Assembly: GCA_900770215.1 (NCBI GenBank)
Contig: CAAGJW010000037.1
Span: forward strand, 28,322 to 92,321
Length of the DNA: 64,000 bases
Direction of reading: 5' to 3'
Source: Bacteroidales bacterium
GTDB taxonomy: Bacteria > Bacteroidota > Bacteroidia > Bacteroidales > Muribaculaceae
The first letter of the stretch is position 1; each line of letters opens with the position of its first letter. Under the pieces are notes generated by a model. The model did not search any database, had not been told where the DNA came from, and saw only the letters and a list, made by a program, of their open reading frames with translations. The translations under genes were made by a program, and so were the position numbers. Below, one piece after another: positions 40,605 to 49,780 of this stretch.

Positions 40605-41120
40605 CTACCGCCGTGGCAAGTAGGGCTCGCTGGACTCGGCGGCCTGGGACAGCGACTCGACGGGGGCCTCGGCATAGCCACGGGCGCCGGTCACCTTGAG
40701 GTAGATACTGCTCAGGGCAAGCGACAGGCCCATGAGGGTGTGCTCGCGCTTGGCTGGAGCCAGATCGCACTCCCACAAGGTGATGACATACCAGCCCATG
40801 CGCTTGAGTTTGTCGAGATTGCGGGCATCGCGCTGCCGGTTGCCCTCTATCTTGTCGCGCCAGTAGGCGGTGCGAGTCTTGGGCAGCTTGAAGTGAGGGC
40901 AGCCCTCGTGCCCGTGCCAGAAACAGCCGTTCACGTTGATGACCGTGTGGAAGCGGTGCAGCACGATGTCGGGGGTGCCAGGCAGGCGGCGCACGTGCAG
41001 GCGGTAGCGGTAGCCCTGGGCCCACAGCCAGCGGCGCACGACCATCTCGGGCCGTGTGTCCTTGCCACGTATTGCTGCCATGCAACGGTGGCGTTGCTCG
41101 GGTGTCATGGTGTCGGGCAT
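40605..41120 (-). CDS. vsr: very-short-patch repair endonuclease
   Basis: MPDTMTPEQRHRCMAAIRGKDTRPE, LPGTPDIV, NGCFWHGH, NRQRD, TLWEC. Confidence 0.95.
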   Translation of the reverse strand: MPDTMTPEQRHRCMAAIRGKDTRPEMVVRRWLWAQGYRYRLHVRRLPGTPDIVLHRFHTVINVNGCFWHGHEGCPHFKLPKTRTAYWRDKIEGNRQRDARNLDKLKRMGWYVITLWECDLAPAKREHTLMGLSLALSSIYLKVTGARGYAEAPVESLSQAAESSEPYLPRR

Positions 41121-41242
41121 AGCACAAAGATAGCTAAAAAACGGCTTGGCTGGTGCTGTCAAGACGCAAAAATGCCGGTTGCCACAAGCAGGCAGCCGGC
41201 ATTGTTGCTGTTGCGCTGTGAAGTGACAAGGCCGTGTGCGCC

Positions 41243-41437
41243 CTACTCCACCCCGAAACCAGCTTCCTCAACGGCGGCAGTTACGTCGTCGTCGCTGAAG
41301 TTGCCCTCAACCTGGGCTTGGGCGGCCTTGAGGTCGACCGAGGCGGCCGTCACGCCTTTCACACCCTTGATGGCGTTTTCAACACTCATGCGACAATGGT
41401 CGCATTTCATACCGGTAATTTTGAATTGTTTAGTCAT
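41243..41437 (-). CDS. copZ: copper chaperone (HMA domain)
   Basis: 64 aa, GMKCDHC motif, directly downstream of the P1B ATPase. Confidence 0.88.
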   Translation of the reverse strand: MTKQFKITGMKCDHCRMSVENAIKGVKGVTAASVDLKAAQAQVEGNFSDDDVTAAVEEAGFGVE

Positions 41438-41471
41438 AACGCGTTAATATTGTAGTAAATAAAATCAGAAG

Positions 41472-43415
41472 TCAGTATTTCACAAAGTTCAACCTGAGCG
41501 AGTTGAGAATCACGCTCACGCTCGAGAAGGCCATGAGCGCACTGGCCCAGGTGGGAGTGATCTGGAAATCGATACCGAAGATGTGCAGCACGCCGGCAGC
41601 CAGCGGGATGCACACGATGTTGTAGATGAAAGCCCAAAACAGGTTTTCCCACACCATCTTCACCGTCTTATCGCTCAAGCGCACAGCCTCGGGAATGTGG
41701 CGCAAGTCGTCGCCCATGAGGGTAACCTGGGCCACATCCATCGCCACGTCGGTGCCCTTGCCCATGGCGATGCTCACGTCGGCCAGGGCAAGTGCCTGGG
41801 TGTCGTTGATGCCGTCGCCCACCATGGCCACCCGCTTGCCCTGGGCTTGAAGCTCGCGCACCAGGTTTTCCTTGTCTTGCGGCAGCACCTTGCTCTTGTA
41901 GTGCTTGATGCCGGCCTGCCGCGCCCAGTAGCGTGCCGCCTCGTCCTTGTCGCCACTCATCATGTAGATATCGATGCCCATGCCTTGCAGCTGCTCCATG
42001 GCCTCGCGGGCATGGGGCTTGAGTGTTTCGCGCTGCTCGAGCGGCAGGTCGTCGGCCTTGGTGAAGTCGATATTCTTGTTGGGGATGGTGAGCGTGCCCG
42101 TCTTGTCGATGACCATGGCATTCACCTTGCGTATGTTTTCAAGAGCAGCTGCATCCTTGATGAGGATGTTGTGCTGGGCCGCTTTGCCTATGGCCACCAT
42201 GAGAGCAGTGGGCGTGGCCAGACCCATGGCGCAGGGGCAGGCAATGACGAGCACAGCCACGGCCGAGAGTATGGCATGGGGCAACTCCTGGGTGCCGCCT
42301 ATGGCCCACCACAAGACGAACGTGAGCAGCGAGATGGCCGCCACCACAGGCACAAAGACGAGCGCCACCTTGTCGACAGCACGCTGCACCGGGGCCTTGC
42401 TGCCCTGTGCCTGCTGCACCATCTTGATGATGTGGGCCAGAGCAGTGTCCTCGCCTATCTGCTGGGCGCGGAAGCGGAACTTGCCTTGCTGCAAGATGGT
42501 GCCTGCCAGCACCTGGCTGCCCTTCTGCTTGAGGGCTGCAGTGGGTTCGCCGGTAATCATCGACTCGTCGACATAGGCGCCATCGGCCAGCATGAAGCTC
42601 TCGGCCTGGGTCACCTTGCCATCGACGGGTATCTTCTCGCCAGGATGCACCTCGATCACATCGCCCACCTTGATGGTAGAGATGGGCACCTCTTCAATCT
42701 TCTCGCCCTCGGGGGCGCGCTGCACGATGCGAGCCGTCTTGGGAGCCAGGCCCATGAGGGCGCGAATGCTGCTGGCCGTGCCTTTCTTGGCCTTCTCCTC
42801 GAGCAACCGGCCCGTGAGCACAAAGGTGATGATCATCACGCTGGCATCGTAGTAGGTGTGCCACACAATGCCGCGGCTGCCCCACACGGCATCGCCCCAG
42901 AAGGTGTTGAACACACTGAACAAGAACGAGATGCCAGTGCTCAGGGCCACCAGGGTGTCCATATTGGCTGCACCGTGACGCACCTGCTTGAAGGCTGTGA
43001 CATAGAATTGCCAGCCACAGAATGCCAGGTTGCACAGCGAGAGCACCATAGCCACCACATTGGCCACAAGAGCGTTGCCTATGGGAACAATGTGCATCGA
43101 GATGCACATCACAGCCAGGGCAAAGAACCATGAGGCCACCACCTTGTTGCGCAAGCGGTTGTAGCCCGTGCGCTCGATGGCTTCCACATCGCGGTCGCTC
43201 TCGATGACGAGGTCGTAGCCTATGTTGTTGATTTCGCTTTTCATCGCTTCGAGCGATATTTTGTCGGGGTCGTAGGTGATATTGGCCGTGCGGGTAGCCA
43301 GCGACACCGAGGCACTCTCGATGCCCGGCAATGCATTGAGCTTGCGGTCGACATTGGCCGAACAAGCCGAGCAGGCCATGCCCAAAACCGGAATTGTTGT
43401 CGTGATTGTTGCCAT
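41472..43415 (-). CDS. copA: Cu(I)-type P1B ATPase lacking the nucleotide-binding (N) domain
   Basis: GMACSAC HMA, ITGE actuator, ACPCAMGLATP, DKTGTLT, GDGIND, IYN and MAFSS TM motifs; only 21 residues between DKTGTLT and LKPHA. Confidence 0.88.
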   Translation of the reverse strand: MATITTTIPVLGMACSACSANVDRKLNALPGIESASVSLATRTANITYDPDKISLEAMKSEINNIGYDLVIESDRDVEAIERTGYNRLRNKVVASWFFALAVMCISMHIVPIGNALVANVVAMVLSLCNLAFCGWQFYVTAFKQVRHGAANMDTLVALSTGISFLFSVFNTFWGDAVWGSRGIVWHTYYDASVMIITFVLTGRLLEEKAKKGTASSIRALMGLAPKTARIVQRAPEGEKIEEVPISTIKVGDVIEVHPGEKIPVDGKVTQAESFMLADGAYVDESMITGEPTAALKQKGSQVLAGTILQQGKFRFRAQQIGEDTALAHIIKMVQQAQGSKAPVQRAVDKVALVFVPVVAAISLLTFVLWWAIGGTQELPHAILSAVAVLVIACPCAMGLATPTALMVAIGKAAQHNILIKDAAALENIRKVNAMVIDKTGTLTIPNKNIDFTKADDLPLEQRETLKPHAREAMEQLQGMGIDIYMMSGDKDEAARYWARQAGIKHYKSKVLPQDKENLVRELQAQGKRVAMVGDGINDTQALALADVSIAMGKGTDVAMDVAQVTLMGDDLRHIPEAVRLSDKTVKMVWENLFWAFIYNIVCIPLAAGVLHIFGIDFQITPTWASALMAFSSVSVILNSLRLNFVKY

Positions 43416-43443
43416 AATAATCGATTTCCTCTTTTTTACGCTG

Positions 43444-43508
43444 CAAAATTACAACTATAGCACCCCAAGCGTGTTACACTTTCCTCCCAAAGCGTTGCAC
43501 TATTCCTC
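43444..43508 (-). promoter_or_regulatory. copA promoter with 21-bp-spaced direct repeats (candidate AraC-type operator)
   Basis: Minus-strand TAATTTTG (43444-43451); plus-strand GTTACACTTTCCTC at 43473 and GTTGCACTATTCCTC at 43494. Confidence 0.6.
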
Positions 43509-43523
43509 ACGACACAAGCGAAA

Positions 43524-43547
43524 ACAGGCGGTCTTGCGACCGCCTGT
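43524..43547 (-). terminator. terminator of the second GLUG-type gene
   Basis: Perfect stem ACAGGCGGTC-TTGC-GACCGCCTGT; A-run on the left gives a U-tract on the minus strand. Confidence 0.75.
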
Positions 43548-43582
43548 AATCATATTAGGATCAACTGTATTCTATATTGTCG

Positions 43583-46500
43583 TCATCGCACCACCTTGCT
43601 GGCTGCAGTGCTGCCGTCGGTGTAGCGCGTGACCTCGATATAGACGCCTGCACCAGGAGCAACGACACGGCGACCGTATAGGTCGTAGTAGCAGCGGCCT
43701 GCGATGGCCTTGGAAGCCTTGGGGGTGTCGAGGCCAGTCAAGGCCGTGACATTAAGATGCCATGTATAGCTCCACTTGCCATAGGACTTGGTGACCCAAG
43801 CCGGACCTTTAGCCGTCGAGTAGACCTTGCCGTCGTTGAAGTAGAGGTTGTCGCTCGATGTCCACATCGACGGGTCGGCATTGCCATAGCTGAATGGCGA
43901 GCGCACAGCCTCGGGCGTATCGCCATCGGCAAGAACGATAATCGATGCGAAGTAGTTGCTCACAGCCGTGTCGGCAAATGCCTTGAGCGTGGGATACATG
44001 GCTGTGCGGCTCACAAAGGCCTCGCCCAGGTCGGCCAGCGTGAGTGCAACCGAGTCGACACCCGTGGCGCAAGTGTCGCTCGAGTACACGTTGCCCGCCT
44101 TGCTGTTGTAGTAGCAATTGGCAATCACGTGGTCCTCGTCGGCCTCGCCGGGCTTCATGGCGATATTGCCTGCAACGGCAGCGGCCGTGCCAGTCACAGC
44201 TACAGGAGCGGCATTGTAGCAGTTCTCAATCTTGTAGCCATTGTAGTAGGAGCCCATGATGCCGCCAGCATTGTTTACAGCGGTCACCGAGCCCATATTG
44301 TAGCAATTGGTGATGACAGGCCGAGTACCATAGCCCAGGATGCCGGCCGCCATGCCATAGGAGGCTGCTGTGCCCGTGGCAGTGATCGAGTCGAGGTTGA
44401 AGCACTGGTCGATAACCACATCTGAGCCGAAGGCCGTAATACCGGCAATGCCGCGCTTGATGCCCTTGACCGGGGCTGCATTGTAGCAGCGGCTGACGGT
44501 GCCGTCGAACGAACCAGTGACGCCGCCCACCATGTCGCCCTTGCTCACGATGTTGCCCCAGTTGGCGCAACCAGTCACGGTCTCGGTGCCCGAGCCATAG
44601 GCCAGGATACCGGCCGTGTAGCTCGATGTGGAAGTGTTGGTCACGGCACCATAGTTGTAGCAGCTGTCGATGTGGCTCACAAAGTTCTTGCCCACATAGG
44701 CATAGCCCACAATGCCGGCGCCGTAGCCCTTGCTCACTGTCACCTTGCCATAGTTGAAGCAGCCTGCAACGTTGTGGCCTGCACGCTGCTGACCCAGAAT
44801 GCCGGCAGCATAGCGCTGAGCCTCGATATCGCCATAGTTGACGCAGTCGTGCAGGTAGGAAATGTTGTCGCCTTGCTCGTAGAGGCCCGAGCCCACGATG
44901 CCGCCCACATAGCTTGCACCCATGGTCACGTTGCCGGTATTCACACAGCCTGTGATATAGGAACCGCCGCCCTCGAGACCTGTAATGCCGGCCATGTAAT
45001 TGGCCACCTTGTTGCTCGTGATGTCGCCAGTGTTGCGGCAATTGGTGATGGGCGCACGGCTTGCGCCCGAGATGCCGCCGGCATAGCCAGTCATGGTCAT
45101 GATGAGACCGTCGTTCTGGCAATTCTCATAACTGGTGTACTCGCCATAGGCAGTGATGCCGCCCACATAGTTGCGTGCATCGAGCGAAATCGTGCCCTGG
45201 TTGCGGCAGTTCACAAATTGCGAGCCCTCGACGGCACTGGCCACGATGCCGGCGGCATAGCCGCCCGACGTGGCCACCACGTCGGCCTTGTTGGTGAGGT
45301 TGACAAAGGTGCCGGCCCCCTGGCCAGCAAAGGCCCCCACGTTGCCCACAGCCGTAAACTGGCCGCTCTCGATGGTGAGATTGGCAATAGTGGCGTTGGG
45401 GCCCACGTTGCCAAAGAGGCCCACTGTCGACAAGGTCGCGGTCGAGTATTTCACGCCCTTGAAGCTCTTGCCGTTGCCGTCGAAATAGGCCTGGAAGCGA
45501 TGCTCGCCGGTTGCAACGGGCACATAGGTGGTGTCGGTGAAGTCGATGTCGTTCATCACCTTGAAGTAATGATGGTCGAAGTCCATGTTGTAGGTCTCGA
45601 CTGCACTGGCCAGCTTGTACATGTCGGCAATGGTCTGGATTTGATAAGGATCGGCTTGCGTGCCACGGCCGGCAAAGATAGCAGGCACTGCACGCAACGG
45701 GTAGTGGCGCGTGACGCCGCCCACGACAGCGGTGAGCGTGTCGGTGGCAATGGTATCGGCAGGCTGAGTCACCTTGAGCAGGCTGCCCGACACGGCAAAC
45801 GCCTTGCCGCTGGCCAGCGACCATGTAGCATCGCTGAGCGAGGCGGTGCCCGTCACGGCAGTGACGTTGTCGAGCGTGTCGAGTTTCAACACCAGGCGGT
45901 CGACTGTGGCAGCCACCGTCTCATCGGCGAAAGCCTTGAGGGCAGGATAGCGGCCTGCCGTCCATGTCCATGCCTCACGGGTCTCATCGCTATCGCCCGC
46001 AAGCAGTGCCTTGCCGGCTGTGAGCTGGCTGGTGAGACGGCCCTGGGCTCCGTTGAGTGCTCCGCCACTGGCTGCGCCGTCGGGATTGAGCTGAGCGTCG
46101 TAGAGGTTGCCCTCGATGGTCTTGCGGCTCATCACCTGTCCGGCTATTGCGCCCACATAGGTATTGCCACGCACGAGACCGGTATTGACGTTGTTGATCA
46201 GGTAGCCGCCATCGCCCGACGTGCGGTCTTGCGAGTTGACGCCGGCAATGCCGCCCACTTGCTTATTGCCCACGATGGCACCTGTATTCAGGCTGTTTTC
46301 AACCCGGCCCAAGTTGGAGCCGACCACGCCGCCCAGTATGGCATTGGTAGCCGTGCCCTCGAGGGCATTGTTCACCTCGCCGTCGTTGCGGCTGCGTTTC
46401 ACGAGGCCGCCGTTGTAGCCCACAACGCCGCCGGCAGTACCCAGGCTGCTCGATATTGTGCCCGAGTTGTAGCAACTGTCGGCCATAGCAGTCGCGCCAA

Positions 46501-49500
46501 TCACGACACCCACAACGCCGCCCGTGTACACGTCATAGGCATCGACGTTGGCATAGTTGCGGCAGTTGATGACTTTGCCCTCGGTGTAGCCCACCACGGC
46601 TGCACCGTAGCGGTAGGCATTGATTTTGCTGTCGGCAGCCACACGCACGTTTTTGATTGTGCTTGCAGCCCCGCACAGGCCAAAGAGTCCAGAATACTTC
46701 TTTTGCCCGCTGTTGGGGTCGAGATACAACTGATGCACGGTGTGGTTGCCGCCGTCGAAGGTGCCGTTGAAGAAGGTCGTGCCCGTGAGTGCGGCAACAC
46801 CCGTAAAGTTCTTGTCGAGTTCCAGGTCGATATCGTTGGTCATCTTGAAGTAGTCGCCTCGGTGGTTCTGCTTGTACACATTCACAGCATCGGCCAGCAT
46901 CTCGAGGTCGGCCTTGGTCTTGATGAGATAGGGGTCGGCCTCGGTGCCGCTGCCCGAGTAGGCCTTGGTGACAGCATAGATATCGTAGTACTTATACTCG
47001 TTGTCGCTGTTGATGGCCAGCAGATGGTCGTAGCCGTAGGTGCCCGTCAGGGTCACGTTGCCGCCATCGACGGTGATGCCGGTGCCGTTTTTCACAGCTT
47101 CGCCATTCTTGTACACCCCCCAAGTGATGCCGTCGGCAGTCGACAGGGTGAAATTGGATTTCACCTTGTGGCCGTTCTCGTCATTTTGCAAGAACATGGG
47201 CGCTGCCGAGAGGCGGGCAGTCTCGTTGTCCATGATGGCTTGCAGCCGTGGATAGAAGCCCTTCTGGAAATACCACACGGTGGTGTCGAAGCCGGGAAGC
47301 GGCTCGCCCGAGGTGAGTTGTGCCGTCGACATGAAGCCTCTCGACACGGTGTCGAGACCCGACGACTGATAGTCGTAGTAGGCATTCTGAACATCGAGTA
47401 TGCTCTGGTTGAAGTAGCTGCCCAGCACACCCTTGTACTCACAGGTGGTGTAGTTCTCGAGCATGCCCGAGCTGTAGCTGTTGTGAATGGTAGAAGCCGA
47501 GCCTGTGTAGCCGCCGGCATAGCCAATGAGGCCCGACGACTCGTTGCTGGCCGGAGCATTGACAGCACCTGCATTGTAGCAGTCGTAGATCTCGCCGTCG
47601 CTCAAGTAGCCGGCAATGCCACCGGCGCCCTGGGCAGTGCCGCCGCTCACCTGGCCCGATGCGCAGGTGATGGAAGCCGTGTTGAAGCTCTGGCTTATTT
47701 TGGTCGTATACATGCCTCCGGCAATGCCGCCCACATAGCTCACGTTCTGCGTGTCGTAGACGGTGCCTGCGCTGTAGCAACGCTCAACGACCACCCACTT
47801 CTTGGACGACGACCCAATCAAGTCGCCGGCAATGACGCCGGCCCCATGGGACAGGTTGGGGATGTAATAATCCACCTCAATATTGGCCGAGGCATGGCAA
47901 TCGGTGATGCTGTCCTTGCCTTGGCCCACGATACCGCCCACCTCGGCACCGCCTGTGGCATTGCCTGTGAAGGCGCAATGGCTGATGGGACCGGCCGAGT
48001 AGCCCACGATGCCGCCCAGCGACACCACACGGCCGTCGAGTTTGCCGCTGGTCACGGTGCAATGAGTCACGATACCGCCGTTGTTGTAGCCCACTACGGT
48101 GCCGGCATACTTGCCGCTGCTCGTGAGCACGCTGTTGGTCATGACCACATTTTTCACAACGGCATTGGCGCCGATGATGCCAAAGAGGCCGGCGTAGTTG
48201 TCGCCCGCAGCATCATAGTTGAAGCCGTCGATCGTCTTGTTGTCGCCGTCGTAGGTGCCGTCGAAGTAGCTGCTCTCGTCGAAGCCTATGTGGGCAAAAT
48301 TCTGAGTCTTGGTGGCCGAAGCATCGATATTGGCAGTCTGCTTGAAATAGACGCCCTTGAAGCTCGTGCCCCCGTTCACTGCCTGAGCCAGGGTGTCGAG
48401 GTCGGCCAACGAGGCGATGCGGTAGGGATCGACCTCGGTGCCGCTGCCGGCAAAGGCGGGCACCACTTGCGTGGGATAGACAGGGGTGAAATGAGTGAAT
48501 GTGAGCTCGCTCGAGGTTACATTGTGGGTGGCTATCGAGGTGCTGCGCATGCAGAACACGCCCCACGGTGAGAAGCTGTAGCCACTGTCGGTCTTTGTTC
48601 CCGTGATGTATTTAAACTTGCTTATGCTACCCGATGAGGCTGCACACAGGTTGAAGTCGCCATACACATCGTAGGTGGCCACATACTGGCTGCCTATGTA
48701 ACACGTGCTGTCGGGCTTGAGCGTGACCTTGATGGCACGCCCGTTGCCAGTGAAATTGACCACCTTGAGCGTGTTGCTGTTGGACTGCTGCACAAGCACG
48801 GGATAGGTCGACTCGGCCTTGGTCTTGTAGGTCACCGTGTGCATTGTGGCATTGGGCTTGTAGAGGGTCGACTGGGTGTAGGCATCAAAGATGCTGCCTT
48901 TCTTGTCACCCTCGTTCACATAGAGACCCCAAGCCGACATCTCGATGTTGCCATCGGCATCGACTGTCATGGTCACAGGCTGAGTGGTGCTGTAGCTGGC
49001 AGGAGTGCCGCTCCAACCATATATCCAGCACTCGCCATAGGTGGAATGGTTGTAGAGCAACTGGGGTGCAATCGAGAACACACCAGTCGAGGCATCGTAG
49101 GTGGCCACGACAGCGTTTTGCGTGCCCATGAGGTTTTTCACAAGCAGCGAGTCGTTGCTCTGATAGATGGTGATCACATGGTGATTTTCATCATCGTCGT
49201 AGTAACTCTTGTCGTCGCTGATGTAACTGCCCAACACGTCGCTCAAGGCTTTGGCCACGCGGTGGCGTGTAGAGGCTGGCGCCTTAACTATGGCCTTGCC
49301 CGTGCTTGTAGCCGATTTCAATGTCTTGGCCAGGCGAGGAGCCGGCGACACCACCTGGGTTTCTCCCTCGGTCATGGCGTCACTCTTGACTTGCTTCTCG
49401 AGCACTGGAGCATTGACTCCCGGCTCTACAAGCGGGTTTAACACTACCGGGGTATGCGATTGTGCGCATAGCCCGATTGCTGCAAGGATTGCAGCAATGA

Positions 49501-49519
49501 GAAAATAAAGTTTTTTCAT
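43583..49519 (-). CDS. giant secreted GLUG-motif/beta-helix repeat protein with T9SS-like C-terminal domain (paralog of 5250-11201)
   Basis: 1978 aa; signal peptide; GSGTEVDPY, GSGTEADPY, GRGTQADPY modules; tail YYDLYGRRV..GVYIEVTRYTDGSTAASKVVR. Confidence 0.85.
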   Translation of the reverse strand: MKKLYFLIAAILAAIGLCAQSHTPVVLNPLVEPGVNAPVLEKQVKSDAMTEGETQVVSPAPRLAKTLKSATSTGKAIVKAPASTRHRVAKALSDVLGSYISDDKSYYDDDENHHVITIYQSNDSLLVKNLMGTQNAVVATYDASTGVFSIAPQLLYNHSTYGECWIYGWSGTPASYSTTQPVTMTVDADGNIEMSAWGLYVNEGDKKGSIFDAYTQSTLYKPNATMHTVTYKTKAESTYPVLVQQSNSNTLKVVNFTGNGRAIKVTLKPDSTCYIGSQYVATYDVYGDFNLCAASSGSISKFKYITGTKTDSGYSFSPWGVFCMRSTSIATHNVTSSELTFTHFTPVYPTQVVPAFAGSGTEVDPYRIASLADLDTLAQAVNGGTSFKGVYFKQTANIDASATKTQNFAHIGFDESSYFDGTYDGDNKTIDGFNYDAAGDNYAGLFGIIGANAVVKNVVMTNSVLTSSGKYAGTVVGYNNGGIVTHCTVTSGKLDGRVVSLGGIVGYSAGPISHCAFTGNATGGAEVGGIVGQGKDSITDCHASANIEVDYYIPNLSHGAGVIAGDLIGSSSKKWVVVERCYSAGTVYDTQNVSYVGGIAGGMYTTKISQSFNTASITCASGQVSGGTAQGAGGIAGYLSDGEIYDCYNAGAVNAPASNESSGLIGYAGGYTGSASTIHNSYSSGMLENYTTCEYKGVLGSYFNQSILDVQNAYYDYQSSGLDTVSRGFMSTAQLTSGEPLPGFDTTVWYFQKGFYPRLQAIMDNETARLSAAPMFLQNDENGHKVKSNFTLSTADGITWGVYKNGEAVKNGTGITVDGGNVTLTGTYGYDHLLAINSDNEYKYYDIYAVTKAYSGSGTEADPYLIKTKADLEMLADAVNVYKQNHRGDYFKMTNDIDLELDKNFTGVAALTGTTFFNGTFDGGNHTVHQLYLDPNSGQKKYSGLFGLCGAASTIKNVRVAADSKINAYRYGAAVVGYTEGKVINCRNYANVDAYDVYTGGVVGVVIGATAMADSCYNSGTISSSLGTAGGVVGYNGGLVKRSRNDGEVNNALEGTATNAILGGVVGSNLGRVENSLNTGAIVGNKQVGGIAGVNSQDRTSGDGGYLINNVNTGLVRGNTYVGAIAGQVMSRKTIEGNLYDAQLNPDGAASGGALNGAQGRLTSQLTAGKALLAGDSDETREAWTWTAGRYPALKAFADETVAATVDRLVLKLDTLDNVTAVTGTASLSDATWSLASGKAFAVSGSLLKVTQPADTIATDTLTAVVGGVTRHYPLRAVPAIFAGRGTQADPYQIQTIADMYKLASAVETYNMDFDHHYFKVMNDIDFTDTTYVPVATGEHRFQAYFDGNGKSFKGVKYSTATLSTVGLFGNVGPNATIANLTIESGQFTAVGNVGAFAGQGAGTFVNLTNKADVVATSGGYAAGIVASAVEGSQFVNCRNQGTISLDARNYVGGITAYGEYTSYENCQNDGLIMTMTGYAGGISGASRAPITNCRNTGDITSNKVANYMAGITGLEGGGSYITGCVNTGNVTMGASYVGGIVGSGLYEQGDNISYLHDCVNYGDIEAQRYAAGILGQQRAGHNVAGCFNYGKVTVSKGYGAGIVGYAYVGKNFVSHIDSCYNYGAVTNTSTSSYTAGILAYGSGTETVTGCANWGNIVSKGDMVGGVTGSFDGTVSRCYNAAPVKGIKRGIAGITAFGSDVVIDQCFNLDSITATGTAASYGMAAGILGYGTRPVITNCYNMGSVTAVNNAGGIMGSYYNGYKIENCYNAAPVAVTGTAAAVAGNIAMKPGEADEDHVIANCYYNSKAGNVYSSDTCATGVDSVALTLADLGEAFVSRTAMYPTLKAFADTAVSNYFASIIVLADGDTPEAVRSPFSYGNADPSMWTSSDNLYFNDGKVYSTAKGPAWVTKSYGKWSYTWHLNVTALTGLDTPKASKAIAGRCYYDLYGRRVVAPGAGVYIEVTRYTDGSTAASKVVR

Positions 49520-49703
49520 TAGCGAATAAATTTACAAATAATATAGTACAAAATTCACTCTAAAAACGTTAAATTGTAATTATTAAAACAAAATTATATA
49601 ACAATTATCACAATTCCTAATAAATCCTAAAAAAAATATTAACGACACACAAGGGCGGCACGACACGCAAGTGCCTGAACGACAAGACACAGACATGCCC
49701 CCC

Positions 49704-49747
49704 AAAAAAAGTGCCTGGGCCGGCTTCTATAGCCGCAACCCAGGCAC
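49704..49747 (-). terminator. intrinsic terminator of the dockerin-protein gene
   Basis: GTGCCTGGG...CCCAGGCAC stem preceded by A7 (U7 on the minus strand). Confidence 0.8.
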
Positions 49748-49780
49748 CTGTGTGGGAGGAAGGCAAATACCTCAACGGTG

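Noticed and set aside
44672..48571. Long antisense ORFs (e.g. 44672-48571, 20680-23478, 35084-37207, 1696-3312)
   Set aside because: Shadow frames opposite well-supported genes, expected from GC-rich codon bias; no recognisable motifs
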